Positions 22,948 to 34,258 are shown, counted from the first letter of the whole stretch. The stretch: DNA of 63,955 nt, filler included, from Barthelona sp. PAP020 (GCA_040182905.1; 5 parts of 5 records of this genome joined end to end with filler, not necessarily neighbours in it); one strand, 5' to 3'. The notes: generated by a model not told the origin, from the letters alone. A program made the numbers and translations.

Positions 22948-24306
22948 ATGGAAAGAACAAAGATTTTTGAAGATATATGTGATTTATATTCAAAAGAAGA
23001 TGGAATATTAAATATTGCCGGAGCTTTAAATACAATAACCAATGAACCCATATCTACAGTTAATGTTTTACTTATTGGAAATGTTTCTACTGGTAAATCA
23101 ACATTTATCAACCATTATATTGGATATGATGGAGATGAACCTTTACAAAAAGTGGGCCAAGCAAAAGAAACTTCTGAAATTACAATTATTTCCAATGCAA
23201 AACGTGAAAATGCTATTAGAGAGATTAGTGGAAATAGTATTTTTGAAAGATATCCAATTTTTCAGCCTTTTTGTCATAGAGTTGGAGTTGAAAAAGTTTT
23301 AAAGGCTAAATTGGTGCCTTTTAAAAAAAATAAAAAAAGCTTGATTAATTTTATTGATACTCCTGGTTTACAAAGTGATGTTTCATGGGAATATGAAATC
23401 AGTGGATATATTGAACAATTAGCAGATTATTGTTCTGTAATTTTAGTTTTTGTTGGTACAGGTGGGATATCAGAGTTGACCTTGGACGTCATTAGTGAAA
23501 TCTATCCAAAGCATGGTAATAAGATGAAGTTTGTTGTTGGTCGAGCTGATATGTGTAATAATGAAGGTGATCGAACCAAGATGATTTCACAGTTCATGCA
23601 AGAGTTAACAGAGCGTATTAATACTGGAAATATCAGTTTCTTACCTATTGGCATTGCTGATGGCAATCGAACCAATGCTGACTTTACTGGTAACAAGTTG
23701 AATGAGCTTGAGAGATTGTTAGATGAATCAATTGATAAACAGGTTGAAATAGTGTTAGATTCAACAATTGTGGATTTAAATGAGATTGATAGACAGATCA
23801 TCAAAGATAATAACAAGTTAATCAAAACAAAAAAAAGCGCTAAAATTCGGAAAAAAGTTGTTTCCATTTTTGAATTTTCCATATTATTCTTGTTATTGAT
23901 ATTCTTGTTTTACATGTTAAAATTTTTGCCTAAATTTTTGACAAAATTTGAAAATATTGTTATTTTTCAAAAAATTGTGAATTTTATTGAAGGCGAATAC
24001 TTTTCGTTCATTGAAGAAAAATTGACACCAATTACAAATAAATTGGATCCAATATCTCTAGTTATTGTTTTCGTTTGTTATTTGTCATTTATTAAGGTTA
24101 TTAGAAAGCTTATATTTTGGAAAATTAAAATTCCTTCAAAGGAAGAAATAGAAAGATTGACAAAGTTACGTAGTGATTATTCTAGAATAAAGAATGAAAT
24201 TGACAACATTCAAAATGCTTGGTTTGGTGAAGTTTTGGCTCCAACAACTCCTCAAAAGAAAATAATTATAGATAATGTAATTCCTGATGAAAAAATAGAT
24301 GAATAA
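22948..24306 (+). CDS. Dynamin/EHD-like P-loop GTPase with C-terminal membrane segments
   Basis: LLIGNVSTGKSTFIN, FIDTPG, two hydrophobic helices near the C-terminus. Confidence 0.7.
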   Translation: MERTKIFEDICDLYSKEDGILNIAGALNTITNEPISTVNVLLIGNVSTGKSTFINHYIGYDGDEPLQKVGQAKETSEITIISNAKRENAIREISGNSIFERYPIFQPFCHRVGVEKVLKAKLVPFKKNKKSLINFIDTPGLQSDVSWEYEISGYIEQLADYCSVILVFVGTGGISELTLDVISEIYPKHGNKMKFVVGRADMCNNEGDRTKMISQFMQELTERINTGNISFLPIGIADGNRTNADFTGNKLNELERLLDESIDKQVEIVLDSTIVDLNEIDRQIIKDNNKLIKTKKSAKIRKKVVSIFEFSILFLLLIFLFYMLKFLPKFLTKFENIVIFQKIVNFIEGEYFSFIEEKLTPITNKLDPISLVIVFVCYLSFIKVIRKLIFWKIKIPSKEEIERLTKLRSDYSRIKNEIDNIQNAWFGEVLAPTTPQKKIIIDNVIPDEKIDE

Positions 24307-24568
24307 ATTTCTTCCTCTTTGCTGTTTTATTGTTTGGATGTTTTTCGACAGAAGAAAATCAAAATCAAAATATTCTTTGGCAAAGAAGAAAAGATAATAT
24401 AATAGTACATTTAACTGACCGTTGTATGCTTGATAAGAATTTAATTAACAGTTCTTTGTGTAAAAAATGAATATTGCTTTTAACTTTCCTCTTTTTCTCA
24501 TAGAAGTTTGAAAAAATTTGAATGTGTCATTATTATTGTAATAATAAAAAAGAAATTAAATAATTTTT

Positions 24569-25360
24569 TTACCATCTCTTATTTCCAAATCCTCCACGAT
24601 TTCCATCACGGTTACCATCACGGTTACCACCACTACGTCTATCGTTACCACCGAATCTACTTCCTCCACGGTTTCCATCTCGATTATCCCTTCTGTCATT
24701 TCCACCACGATTGTCTCGTCTATCATTACCACCAAATCGGCTATTACTTCTGTCACGGTTTCCATCACGTCTGTCTCCACCACGATTTCCATCACGTCTA
24801 TCACCATCGCGATTTCCTCCAAATCGATTGTTACCACGATCTCCACGATCTCCACGATTTCCATCACGTCTATCACCACCGCGATTTCCGCCAAATTTGC
24901 TATTTCTGTCGTTTCTGTCATTACCAAATCTATTTCCGCCTTTTCTATCACCAAAACTACTTTTGCTGTCCTTTTTATCCATCTTTGGTGCCCTTTTCTT
25001 GGGTTGAGTAATACGAGTTTTAGGAATAGTTTCATACGCATCTACAAAAATTTTGTCACCAGTTTCAAAACTTGAAGCTCTAATACCAGCCGAAGGTTCA
25101 ACAACAAGCATGATATCATCAAGTCTACCGAAAATATCAAAAGCTGTACCAACTTGTTGAGAATTCTGTAAAAAGATACGTGAACTAAACTTTCCAATCT
25201 TTGGAATCAATTTGGCATCACCTAATAAATATACCATTTTGCCTTCAACTTCATGAAGATAAGTACCCAATTCTTGCAAATCTTTTGGAACAGAATCACG
25301 ATCAAATGATCGATTACGATTACCGAAAGACCTAGAACGATCGTTACGTTGAAATCCCAT
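24569..25360 (-). CDS. GAR1: H/ACA snoRNP subunit Gar1
   Basis: LGTYLHEVEG...IPK...IFLQN..QVG...DIFG....V.PSAGI.ASSF..GDKIFVD core plus Gly/Arg-rich tail. Confidence 0.85.
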   Translation of the reverse strand: MGFQRNDRSRSFGNRNRSFDRDSVPKDLQELGTYLHEVEGKMVYLLGDAKLIPKIGKFSSRIFLQNSQQVGTAFDIFGRLDDIMLVVEPSAGIRASSFETGDKIFVDAYETIPKTRITQPKKRAPKMDKKDSKSSFGDRKGGNRFGNDRNDRNSKFGGNRGGDRRDGNRGDRGDRGNNRFGGNRDGDRRDGNRGGDRRDGNRDRSNSRFGGNDRRDNRGGNDRRDNRDGNRGGSRFGGNDRRSGGNRDGNRDGNRGGFGNKRW

Positions 25361-25635
25361 GAAAAAAAAAAAAATGAATAGAAATGTTTTTAAAATTGTT
25401 TTTTTTTTTATATTTTATTCCAACTCAAATAAAATTAGAGATAAATATTTTATAAACGTGTTCTGAAATAAAAGCTTTGAAAAAAAATAAGAGAATAATT
25501 TTTTACACTTTCTCATTTATTTTCATACATACATTATTTTTATAATTTTTGGAGTTGCTGGTTCATATTTGATGTATTCTTCCATACAAATGTTAAAAAA
25601 AAAGGAATTTTTGTCAAAAAGACTAATGAAAAACT

Positions 25636-26514
25636 TTATATAAACGGTACACGTTTTAAAGCATAATAATTATTAAAATCAACAGTACATTGAATAGCCT
25701 CATCAATAGACATTTGATTATTGGCATCATAAACCGTTGAAGGAATGGTGGACTTGATTACAGTCAGATCAATTTTAAGTGATGGATTTTCAGGTACACT
25801 TCCAACATATCTTGCAACTTCTTCTGTAAATCCAATTAAAGAAACTTGTTTACTCTTTGCTAAATCACATGCAATGTAAATGTTATGTTCATCCATTGTG
25901 ACTTTAGCATTTCTCATAATTTTGCTTGGAGTTTCAATTATGATTTCTTGTTCATTAAAATTCATTTCCCTTTCCACAGTCAAATCAACATATACTCCAG
26001 GAGCTTCATGAATTGCTAAATTTCCACGAGTTGCAGCCAATTGTGAAAACTGTGTGGGGTCATATTCAACTCTAACAATTAATTGTCCTTGTGTAACGGC
26101 CCAATAAATGTTTTGGGTTGGACGGGCTGTATGACTAACATGAGATATTCTTGGTGTTCCAGTTCTTTTTGATGTTGCTAACATGGAAGACGTTATTCCT
26201 CCAACAAAGCCTTTAGAATCTAAAGATTCATCCAAATTGGGTTGAATTATTCTTTGACAAATGCCAGCTACTTGTGATGAACTTTTCTTTTCTTTTTTCA
26301 AAAAAATCTTTTGTCTTCTCAAAAAATCTTGATAATATTGTGCATGCTGTGGATCAGGTGGTGCATCATTTAAAGACATTCCATGTTTATGTTGTTTGCA
26401 ATGGTATCTTCTTTTTCCATAAAATCGAACTTGTTGTCCAGGAAATAAAGGTGCATCACAATATTCACACATAGCTACTTGACCTTCGCCTTTTAATAAA
26501 ACATACGTAGCCAT
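25636..26514 (-). CDS. Hypothetical protein with N-terminal LIM-like Zn-finger fragment
   Basis: CEYCDAPL...RYHCKQH; ATG at 26514. Confidence 0.6.
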   Translation of the reverse strand: MATYVLLKGEGQVAMCEYCDAPLFPGQQVRFYGKRRYHCKQHKHGMSLNDAPPDPQHAQYYQDFLRRQKIFLKKEKKSSSQVAGICQRIIQPNLDESLDSKGFVGGITSSMLATSKRTGTPRISHVSHTARPTQNIYWAVTQGQLIVRVEYDPTQFSQLAATRGNLAIHEAPGVYVDLTVEREMNFNEQEIIIETPSKIMRNAKVTMDEHNIYIACDLAKSKQVSLIGFTEEVARYVGSVPENPSLKIDLTVIKSTIPSTVYDANNQMSIDEAIQCTVDFNNYYALKRVPFI

Positions 26515-26915
26515 AAAAAAACAAAGAATTAGAGATTTCAATTTTTTTTTGCTCAATAAACAAGAAAAATATCATTTATTGTTCAAAAATCAAACACAAC
26601 TAAATTAAAAAACAAAAAGAATGAGTATTAAAATTCACTCTTTTTGTCAAAAATGAAATTGACAAAGGAAACTCCAAAAAAATAATCAATTTGATAAATA
26701 TTTAACTTATTAAAAAAAACCAGAATACAATATGCAAAAATAAAAAGCACTTTACAAAGAAAAAAAAAATTTATTCCAAAAAGTACTGAAAATTTTAATT
26801 TTTGAAGCCGAACTTTAACACTTTTCCCATTAAAATTAAAAGTTTTTGTGAGCAAACTCTGAAAAAGAAAGATGCAAATATAATTTTTCCCCAGCAAAAA
26901 ATATTTAAATTATCT

Positions 26916-27716
26916 TTACAAATTCCCAAACTTTCGAATTTTTGATCTCTTATTCATCATAGAACGCATTCGATTTGTTCTCATATCAGGACGAATAGGT
27001 TTTATCACAACTGGTTCTGATGCAATTTCAGGATTGGCAGTTTCAGGTTTAATTTGTTCGACAGAGTCAGTTTCAAGTTCATTTTCTTCCAAAGTTAATG
27101 AGTCATCACTTTGCACCAAATCTTTAACAACAGTTTTAACTTGATTTTTTTCTTCAACATCTTCACAATCAATAGAAAGCTCAGGAGCCCGCTTCAATTC
27201 ATTTATGCTAATAGGGTGAACTAAATTTGATTCATATGACAACAAAGCCAAAGATTTTGTTATTAGGGGAATATTCACACTGTTCAACCCAGCATAAACG
27301 GTTCCTAAATCTATAAAGGGCATTTCATTTTCCAAAAAATACGCCAATTTCAACATGTTCTGAAATAAAACGCCATCATTATTTATTCTTTTCAATTCTA
27401 ACGCAATTGATAATTTTAAATATCCACAAGTACCACTTGCAACAATTTTCATTAAATTTTCATCAAAAGATTCAATAAAAATTGTTTCAGAAGAAAATAG
27501 TTCCTCTAACATTTCGGCAAATTTGTTTGAAGCAATTATTAATCCTTTTAAGTATTCATTTCTCAAATTATCCAAGCCATTTGCGTTTAAACTCAAAAAA
27601 AAACTGTAAATTCCATTATTTAGCATTATTGAAAAAGTATCTTCTTCAATCTTGGTTCCTAATTGCCACAAACACCCATTTTTGTTTAATATTCTAAACT
27701 CATTCGGAAAAACCAT
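26916..27716 (-). CDS. Hypothetical protein, possibly XRCC4/XLF/PAXX-fold
   Basis: Beta-rich head, helix, acidic disordered linker and basic C-terminal motif (KRSKIRKFGNL); the fold assignment is speculative. Confidence 0.5.
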   Translation of the reverse strand: MVFPNEFRILNKNGCLWQLGTKIEEDTFSIMLNNGIYSFFLSLNANGLDNLRNEYLKGLIIASNKFAEMLEELFSSETIFIESFDENLMKIVASGTCGYLKLSIALELKRINNDGVLFQNMLKLAYFLENEMPFIDLGTVYAGLNSVNIPLITKSLALLSYESNLVHPISINELKRAPELSIDCEDVEEKNQVKTVVKDLVQSDDSLTLEENELETDSVEQIKPETANPEIASEPVVIKPIRPDMRTNRMRSMMNKRSKIRKFGNL

Positions 27717-27810
27717 CAGAATCAATAAAAATTAAATCAGTTTTGAAAAAAAAAAAAAAAACTTGGCTATAGCTTCTTTTATAGTGTAAATTCAAATGCT
27801 TTTGTTCCGA

Positions 27811-28075
27811 TTAGTTGAGAGATTGAATCATCTTGCTGTACTTTTCAGCAGCTTCGCGAGAACGAACACGACGAGCCATTCTTTCATTATTACGACGTTC
27901 TTTACGACGAATACCTTCAGAAGTATGAAGACGTTGAATCTTAGGTGCCTTAACAACAGTCATTTCGTGACCAGCTTTGGTAGTCTTTGTGAATTTACGA
28001 CGTCCAACAAACATACGAACATCATCAGACTTATCTAATTTCCAGAACTTACGAATGTTATTGGCTCTCTTAGGT
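27811..28075 (-). CDS. RPS6: Partial (3' end) 40S ribosomal protein S6 (eS6)
   Basis: PKRANNIRKFWKLDKSDDVRMFV...KAPKIQRL.T; truncated by the linker. Confidence 0.93.
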
Positions 28076-28175
28076 NNNNNNNNNNNNNNNNNNNNNNNNN
28101 NNNNNNNNNNNNNNNNNNNTTAATTAATTAANNNNNNNNNNNNNNNNNNNNNNNNNNNNNNNNNNNNNNNNNNNN
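28076..28175. other. Artificial contig linker
   Basis: N44-TTAATTAATTAA-N44. Confidence 0.98.
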
Positions 28176-28467
28176 AAAGATGTTCAAAGGTAGAGAGATC
28201 AGAGCCAAACATTCAATGACTATGCAAAAGCAAATGAAATTGAAAGAAAAGAAAGAAGAAGAAAAGAAAAAAATTTGGACGAGTAAAAAAATTAACAGAC
28301 AAAAAGAATTTCAAGGGAAAAAGCAGGCAAAAAAGATTATCAAGACTGAAAAGAAGTTTATGGGTGCTAAATCTGTTGCAGGAACTACACATCTTAAGTT
28401 AAAGAAGAGAACAATGAATCGTCACAAAAAAACAAAAATAGAGAATAGGCAAAGCGGAAAAAGTTAA
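28176..28467 (+). CDS. Partial (3' end) Lys-rich protein
   Basis: Open frame from the contig edge to TAA at 28467. Confidence 0.5.
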
Positions 28468-28579
28468 ATAAAAGATTAAAGAATCGCATTTGTTTTTTTT
28501 AATTTTTCACCAAAAAAAAACCTATACAATATGTTTATAAATTTTGAAAAGTTTGAAAAGTTTGAAAATTTTATTAAAA

Positions 28580-31168
28580 CTAAAAATTATCAAAAACGCG
28601 ATTTGTCTTCTTCAAGGAACTTCTTGCAACTGCAATTTGAGTCAAACCATCTCTAACAAGATCGGCAGTGACAGGTTTGTACAATTTGATAACTTTCTTC
28701 TTGGATTTCTTGGCAGCTAATTTAGCTCTGTGTTCTTTCAACTTCTCCTCAATTTCTTTTCTTGTTTTAGCTTGTTGATATTGCTCATTGCTTAATTTCT
28801 GATATAAGATATTTGTTTTGCTTGTTTCTTCCAGCAAACTTTTCTTTGCTGCTTCAATTAAATGAGTAACTTTGTCAATATTTTTCAAATTTTCATCGAG
28901 TTTTTGTTGTTTTTCAGCAATTTCAGTGTCTTTTTCTTCCAACTTTTTGTTTAACAATTCAACCAAAGATTTGTATTTTAAGAAATCAGCAATGGCTTTA
29001 GCTCGCATGTAATTATTCTTTTCATCTCCAGATTGTCTCAACATATAATTAAATAACTTTTCCTTCTCAGTAATTTCCTTGCTGATGCTGGCAACAGTTT
29101 CTTCAATTTTTTTCATGTTATCTCGTTCAACATCAATCTTTGCAATGTTAGCAGCAATTTCTTCAGTTGCCAATTCAAATTGTCGTCTCATCTTTGAGGT
29201 AACAGTGAAAGAACCATCATTGGATGATGAGTCATCTTCTTCTTCTTCCTTATTCAAAGATATTTCACATTGAGATTCAATCTCCTTGCAAATCTTACTT
29301 TCAACATCCCTACGATTAGCTTCAACTTGATTCTTCATCAACAATAACTCGTTCCTTTGCTTTTCTTTACCTTCTTGTCCCTTCAACAATTCGTCCAAGT
29401 TTTGATTTGTTTCTTCAATTTCTTGTTCAATATTCCTTACAACTTCTTTTTCTTCAACTGAACAATTAGCCAATACGTTATCCATTTCATCCACATCAAT
29501 TTCAAGAGAAGAGGATAGGTCAGCAAGCTCTTTCTTCAATAATTCAACTTCCTTAGTCTTATCCATAATCTCATTTGAAACGCTTTCAAGTTTCTCTTTG
29601 AGTTCAACCATATTTCGTTTCAATTCTACATCTTCATTTCTAACACTCTCCAATGCAAAAGCCGTGACACCTCCTTTAGCTTCTAATTTTTCTTCTGCTT
29701 CAATTAAAATATTTCGTAACTCTTCATCTTCTCCTTCCAAACGAACTATTTCCTTCTGAATGTTGGAAATTCTTTCATTCAATCTAACTTTCTCCTCTTC
29801 TAATCTCTTTTCAATCTCTCCAAGATCCGTAATTTTTGCTATGTCACAATCAACAGGAGTGTTCATTCGCTTAGGCACAAAGCTAGGAGTGTTAGAACGA
29901 GAATTGACATTCTCATCAATTTTTTCCTTTGGGTCATCCAGATTTTCATCATCATTATCGTCTTCCAAATTTAACTCAGCATCACCATCAGCATCATCAA
30001 CCATAAAAGGAGGAACCACATTAGGATCATAATCAGCACTTTTCATCCAATCAATTATCTTCTGCAATTTCTTATTTGTTTCAACAGTATCCTTGATTTT
30101 CTCTTCCAGTGAATCAATCATTGCCAGCATTTCAGCTGCAGAACGAACTTGGTTAACTTTAGCTTTCAATTTAATTCGTTTGGCACGTTTACCAAACTCC
30201 ATAGTACTTACAGTTTCTTCACAATTAAAGATGTGAGGAGATGCTGCAATCATCAATGTTGTTTTACAATTTCCTCCCAACGCTTCTTGCAATATCTTTG
30301 TTAATTGAGAATCTCTGAAGGGAATATGCTTCTTATTTTCAACAATAGCGTTTATACATGATCCTAATGCACTTAATGAAGAATTAATACTGATTCCTTC
30401 CTTCATTTGATCTCCCGATGCTCCAGTTTTACTCAGCTTTTCACTTCCAGCTAAATCCACAAGATTCAACGTGGAAGTAATCTTCTTTCCATTGCTTTGC
30501 TTTTGAGTCATCTTCACAATAAATACAGAATGAGATCTAGAAGAAACACCATTCATTTCAGTTGCAGCAACAGTTCTTGATTCTTCACCAGCAGTTAATA
30601 AACTCATGATCTCTTCAATTGTACAAACAGTAATTTCAGTCAATCCTTCAATGACAACACCAGTTTTCTTTGAATAAACAACTCTCAAATCCTCCTTATC
30701 AGAGTCCAATAAATCATTAACTTTTTCATTGTATATTTCTAAAAATGAGCACTGTATTTGATAATCAACATCTTCTCTTTCATCCGCATATATAGTTTCA
30801 AAAATTTGAGCTGCAGATCTTGGAATAACTCCAGCTAAATTTGGATCATGAATGGAAGCACCAAACATACTATATGATTTTCCAGCACCAGTTTGACCAT
30901 ATGCAAACATAGTTCCATGATACCCCTTGAATAAATCATCAATAATAAATTTTGCAGACTCATCATACATATCTTGTTGACGTGTATCTGGTGGAAATAC
31001 TCTGTCAAAATTGTATTTCTTTTTCCCTTTTGATCCTTGATCAATTTCAACAGTTTCTTTGGATAAATAATTAGCTACAAGAACTTCTTCAATAGGTCTA
31101 TCTCCTTGTTCTTGTCTTTCTCTTCCATTAATTGGACGAAAACGTGCAACAACTTTAACAGATGTCAT
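28580..31168 (-). CDS. Kinesin motor protein (kinesin-1/heavy-chain-like)
   Basis: VKVVARFRP, YGQTGAGKSYSM, SSRSHS, LVDLAGSE, HIPFRDSQLT, long coiled-coil stalk. Confidence 0.95.
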   Translation of the reverse strand: MTSVKVVARFRPINGRERQEQGDRPIEEVLVANYLSKETVEIDQGSKGKKKYNFDRVFPPDTRQQDMYDESAKFIIDDLFKGYHGTMFAYGQTGAGKSYSMFGASIHDPNLAGVIPRSAAQIFETIYADEREDVDYQIQCSFLEIYNEKVNDLLDSDKEDLRVVYSKKTGVVIEGLTEITVCTIEEIMSLLTAGEESRTVAATEMNGVSSRSHSVFIVKMTQKQSNGKKITSTLNLVDLAGSEKLSKTGASGDQMKEGISINSSLSALGSCINAIVENKKHIPFRDSQLTKILQEALGGNCKTTLMIAASPHIFNCEETVSTMEFGKRAKRIKLKAKVNQVRSAAEMLAMIDSLEEKIKDTVETNKKLQKIIDWMKSADYDPNVVPPFMVDDADGDAELNLEDDNDDENLDDPKEKIDENVNSRSNTPSFVPKRMNTPVDCDIAKITDLGEIEKRLEEEKVRLNERISNIQKEIVRLEGEDEELRNILIEAEEKLEAKGGVTAFALESVRNEDVELKRNMVELKEKLESVSNEIMDKTKEVELLKKELADLSSSLEIDVDEMDNVLANCSVEEKEVVRNIEQEIEETNQNLDELLKGQEGKEKQRNELLLMKNQVEANRRDVESKICKEIESQCEISLNKEEEEDDSSSNDGSFTVTSKMRRQFELATEEIAANIAKIDVERDNMKKIEETVASISKEITEKEKLFNYMLRQSGDEKNNYMRAKAIADFLKYKSLVELLNKKLEEKDTEIAEKQQKLDENLKNIDKVTHLIEAAKKSLLEETSKTNILYQKLSNEQYQQAKTRKEIEEKLKEHRAKLAAKKSKKKVIKLYKPVTADLVRDGLTQIAVARSSLKKTNRVFDNF

Positions 31169-31393
31169 GAAAAATTATATTTTGATGTTTTAAAAAAATC
31201 AAGACCAATGACAAAATGATTTTTTTCTTTTCTCCACAAGATAAATGTTTTTGTTTATTATACTATTAACATTAAATTGTACCAAAATAAAGTTTAAACA
31301 ATGATTATTTCAAATTTTTTTTAATCTCGCTTTTTTTTTTTTAGCTTCAATTATTTATTATTCATTAATCATTAATAGTTTTAGCATTTTGAT

Positions 31394-32800
31394 ATGGAAA
31401 CTGATAATATAATATTTAAAAAAGAAGTCGGTGGATTGAATGAATTGACTTGGCTTGTTGTGAAAGTTAAAAATAAACCTGTCGATTTATATTTTTCCAG
31501 TAATTACAACACTGGAATGCCAATTACTTGTGATGGAACAGTTATTGGCAACAATCAAAAGATTCGAGTTGTAAATTGCAGATTGGAATTCTTAATTAGG
31601 CAAAATTATGACTTAATTATTGAACGTATTGATAAAAATACAACAAGCGAAGATGTGTTAGTATATTTTTCAGAGAATATCAGTACTTTTGGAGATCTTT
31701 TTGTTGAACAAACATGTGTTGAGTATTCCCGAAATTACCCAAAATTTTACATGAAATATTCTGGTTGTACTTTATTTATGGGACCTATTGGAGGTTTTCA
31801 AAACCGTGATATCAGGTATTTTATCAATTACCATGTTCAATGTGGACGTGTTCCTCTTTTCATTGATTTGGACCCATGTAGACCCTCTAATGGCTGTCCT
31901 GGTAATGTTTCTATGGGACTAGTCTCTAGACCTTGTCCTGTTGGCGAAGACGTTTTTATTGATCATCCGTTGACGTTTTTGTTAGGATCTGAGGACATTT
32001 CTAAGTGTGTTGTAAATCTTTATAGATTGATCTCGATCTTGGGAGATTTGATTTCTGCTAAAAGGGAACATTTATCGTTAAAGACCCAATATCTTCCTCC
32101 TGTAATTATTAACGCTCCTAGATTGTTTGATAAAGAGCTAAATCTTCATCATTTTGCATATCATTTGATTGCTTATATTGTTCAATTCTTCGGTGTTGAC
32201 ACCATCTTCTGTAATTATCATGGTAGATTAGTGAAAGAATTGAAGAGTCAATTAACTCAAATCAAACAAGCTCCAAATAATCCTTCATTTTTACAAAATA
32301 AGGAGTCTATTCATCCCCCAACCTCATTTGATCTGCCAAGAATAAGGTTTAATCAACCATTTAGTGAATCTTCACCTCTTTTAGGTCATCCTTTACAAAT
32401 AGTTCAAAATCGTTTATTTAGCAGATATTTCAATGGGCCTAGAAATCATCAAAGAATGATTGTTTCTCGTGTTATATATCCTATCAATAATTGTCACTTT
32501 TTTAGTATTAGAAATAATGAACAAAAATGCTTGAACATTCCAATCATCGATAATGTGTTGCCTGAATCAATTTATCCCGAAGTCACTGATAAAAAATGCG
32601 TTTTTGGGTTAGCTTCAACAATTAATGCAAATGAAGCTTTGTTTAAACCCATATATGGTTACGTTTTTATTGAATCTGTAACAAATTTTGATATTACTAT
32701 TGTTTTTCCTTCACCAGTTCCAATTGAATTGGAAAAAGGCCATGTTTATCTTGTTCATTCTCCTGATTTGTTATTTTTTGAAAATTATATTTTAGAATAA
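31394..32800 (+). CDS. CLP1: Clp1-like mRNA 3'-processing factor with degenerate P-loop
   Basis: YFINY...GRVPLFIDLDP.....PGNV, PLTFLLG, VIINAP, RYFNG, IYGYVFIESV...ITIVFPSP.P. Confidence 0.72.
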   Translation: METDNIIFKKEVGGLNELTWLVVKVKNKPVDLYFSSNYNTGMPITCDGTVIGNNQKIRVVNCRLEFLIRQNYDLIIERIDKNTTSEDVLVYFSENISTFGDLFVEQTCVEYSRNYPKFYMKYSGCTLFMGPIGGFQNRDIRYFINYHVQCGRVPLFIDLDPCRPSNGCPGNVSMGLVSRPCPVGEDVFIDHPLTFLLGSEDISKCVVNLYRLISILGDLISAKREHLSLKTQYLPPVIINAPRLFDKELNLHHFAYHLIAYIVQFFGVDTIFCNYHGRLVKELKSQLTQIKQAPNNPSFLQNKESIHPPTSFDLPRIRFNQPFSESSPLLGHPLQIVQNRLFSRYFNGPRNHQRMIVSRVIYPINNCHFFSIRNNEQKCLNIPIIDNVLPESIYPEVTDKKCVFGLASTINANEALFKPIYGYVFIESVTNFDITIVFPSPVPIELEKGHVYLVHSPDLLFFENYILE

Positions 32801-32958
32801 ACTTTATTTTCATATATTTTTTGTTATTTTTTGTTATTTTTTGTTACCAATAATAATTTTATTCAATAAATAAAAAATTAAAGGATATTGAAGAAAGCTG
32901 AAGGAAAGAGGATTCTTCAATTTTTTTTTAATTATTATTATTAAATATCAACGAATGA

Positions 32959-33993
32959 ATGACATCAATAATACCAACGATCATAATTTTGTCTGATGAT
33001 AATGACATTTTGGAATTATTATTGCAACAAATATCCTTACAATTAGATTTTACCATTAATATCATTCCTTTGAAATCACTTAAAGAGTTAAAACAAAATT
33101 TTATTAATTTGAATTCAATTGATTTGAGTAATTGTTATTTCATTGAATTTTCTGTTGATTGCAAGCCCTTGATTCCTGAACCATTTATTTCATTGTTAAA
33201 AGTAATTCATTTACATTCATTTGAATCTTATACACCATCGATGAAATATTTCAAAACTTTTTCATTGCTTATTGAAGAAGATTGGGAAATATTTGTTGAA
33301 TTTTTGAAAAACACTTTAATAACTGCAATTGAAACAAAGAATAAAGAAAATTTGGGATTTAAAAAAAAAGTAATAAAAAAAGTGAGCAATTATGAACTAG
33401 AGAATGAAAACAAGCATTCAAAGCAATTTATGCTTGATTTTTTTTCCAAAACAGTGAAGATTATTGAGTCTTTTGAAACTTTGATCGAAGAAACCAGTAC
33501 ACAGAGAACAGAAAAGGATAAGGAAAAAGAAATTAAAGAAAACATTGCTTTTATGAAAAGAGAAATCGAAAATCAAAAAAATTTAGTTTTAGCAGATGAA
33601 ATATTGGAGTTTCAATTCAATCAATGGCATGGTGAATGGAATAAGATTTGTAAAGCACTACAATTGATACAATACACACAAAGAATAAATTTTGAGAGTG
33701 GTTTAGCATTGTCCCAATTCATTACTGGTGATTCAAACAATGATTCAAGGGAAGAGAATAACTATAACATTAGTTTTTTTGGAACTCAATCTCCTAAGAC
33801 CCATAAACGATCAAGATCAAGAACTACGTCAAAGTTACATGAATTACATTTTCCTTCAGATACAGCATCATTTTTATCCGACAATTCAAATTATCAAGAT
33901 AATATTATGTATGGGATTAAACCAACTGATAGTCCAGTAAGAAAGGTTCATCATGTAATTAGTGCTGGTTTCAGATTTACTGATAAAAAGTAA
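32959..33993 (+). CDS. Hypothetical protein
   Basis: 344-codon ORF with ATG; no recognised motif. Confidence 0.65.
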   Translation: MTSIIPTIIILSDDNDILELLLQQISLQLDFTINIIPLKSLKELKQNFINLNSIDLSNCYFIEFSVDCKPLIPEPFISLLKVIHLHSFESYTPSMKYFKTFSLLIEEDWEIFVEFLKNTLITAIETKNKENLGFKKKVIKKVSNYELENENKHSKQFMLDFFSKTVKIIESFETLIEETSTQRTEKDKEKEIKENIAFMKREIENQKNLVLADEILEFQFNQWHGEWNKICKALQLIQYTQRINFESGLALSQFITGDSNNDSREENNYNISFFGTQSPKTHKRSRSRTTSKLHELHFPSDTASFLSDNSNYQDNIMYGIKPTDSPVRKVHHVISAGFRFTDKK

Positions 33994-34258
33994 AGAATTA
34001 AAAGATGTAAAATTGTTTGTTTTTTCCATTTTTGAAGTTTTAAATGGCTTTTATTCATTAGATGAATTATATAAAGAAAGAGAAAGAGGATTCAAAGGAA
34101 ATTTCTTTCTTTGTGGATTTCCTTTTTCTTTTTTGATTTTCCACAAATTAATTTCATTTGAATTATTTTGTCATTTTTATAAAATTGTTATTCAATAAGT
34201 TTAAATCAGATAAAAACAAACTTGAAGATCTTTTTTTTTTCGAAACATTTACAAAGAA

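Noticed and set aside
24508..25041. His-rich, Val-rich and Arg/Pro-rich ORFs (24508-25011, 24556-25041, 24711-25007)
   Set aside because: Alternate-frame or antisense shadows of the Gar1 repeat tail
32818..32846. Short tandem repeats (TTTTTTGTTA x3; also TTTGAAAAG x3 near 28542)
   Set aside because: No spacers and low complexity; not CRISPR-like
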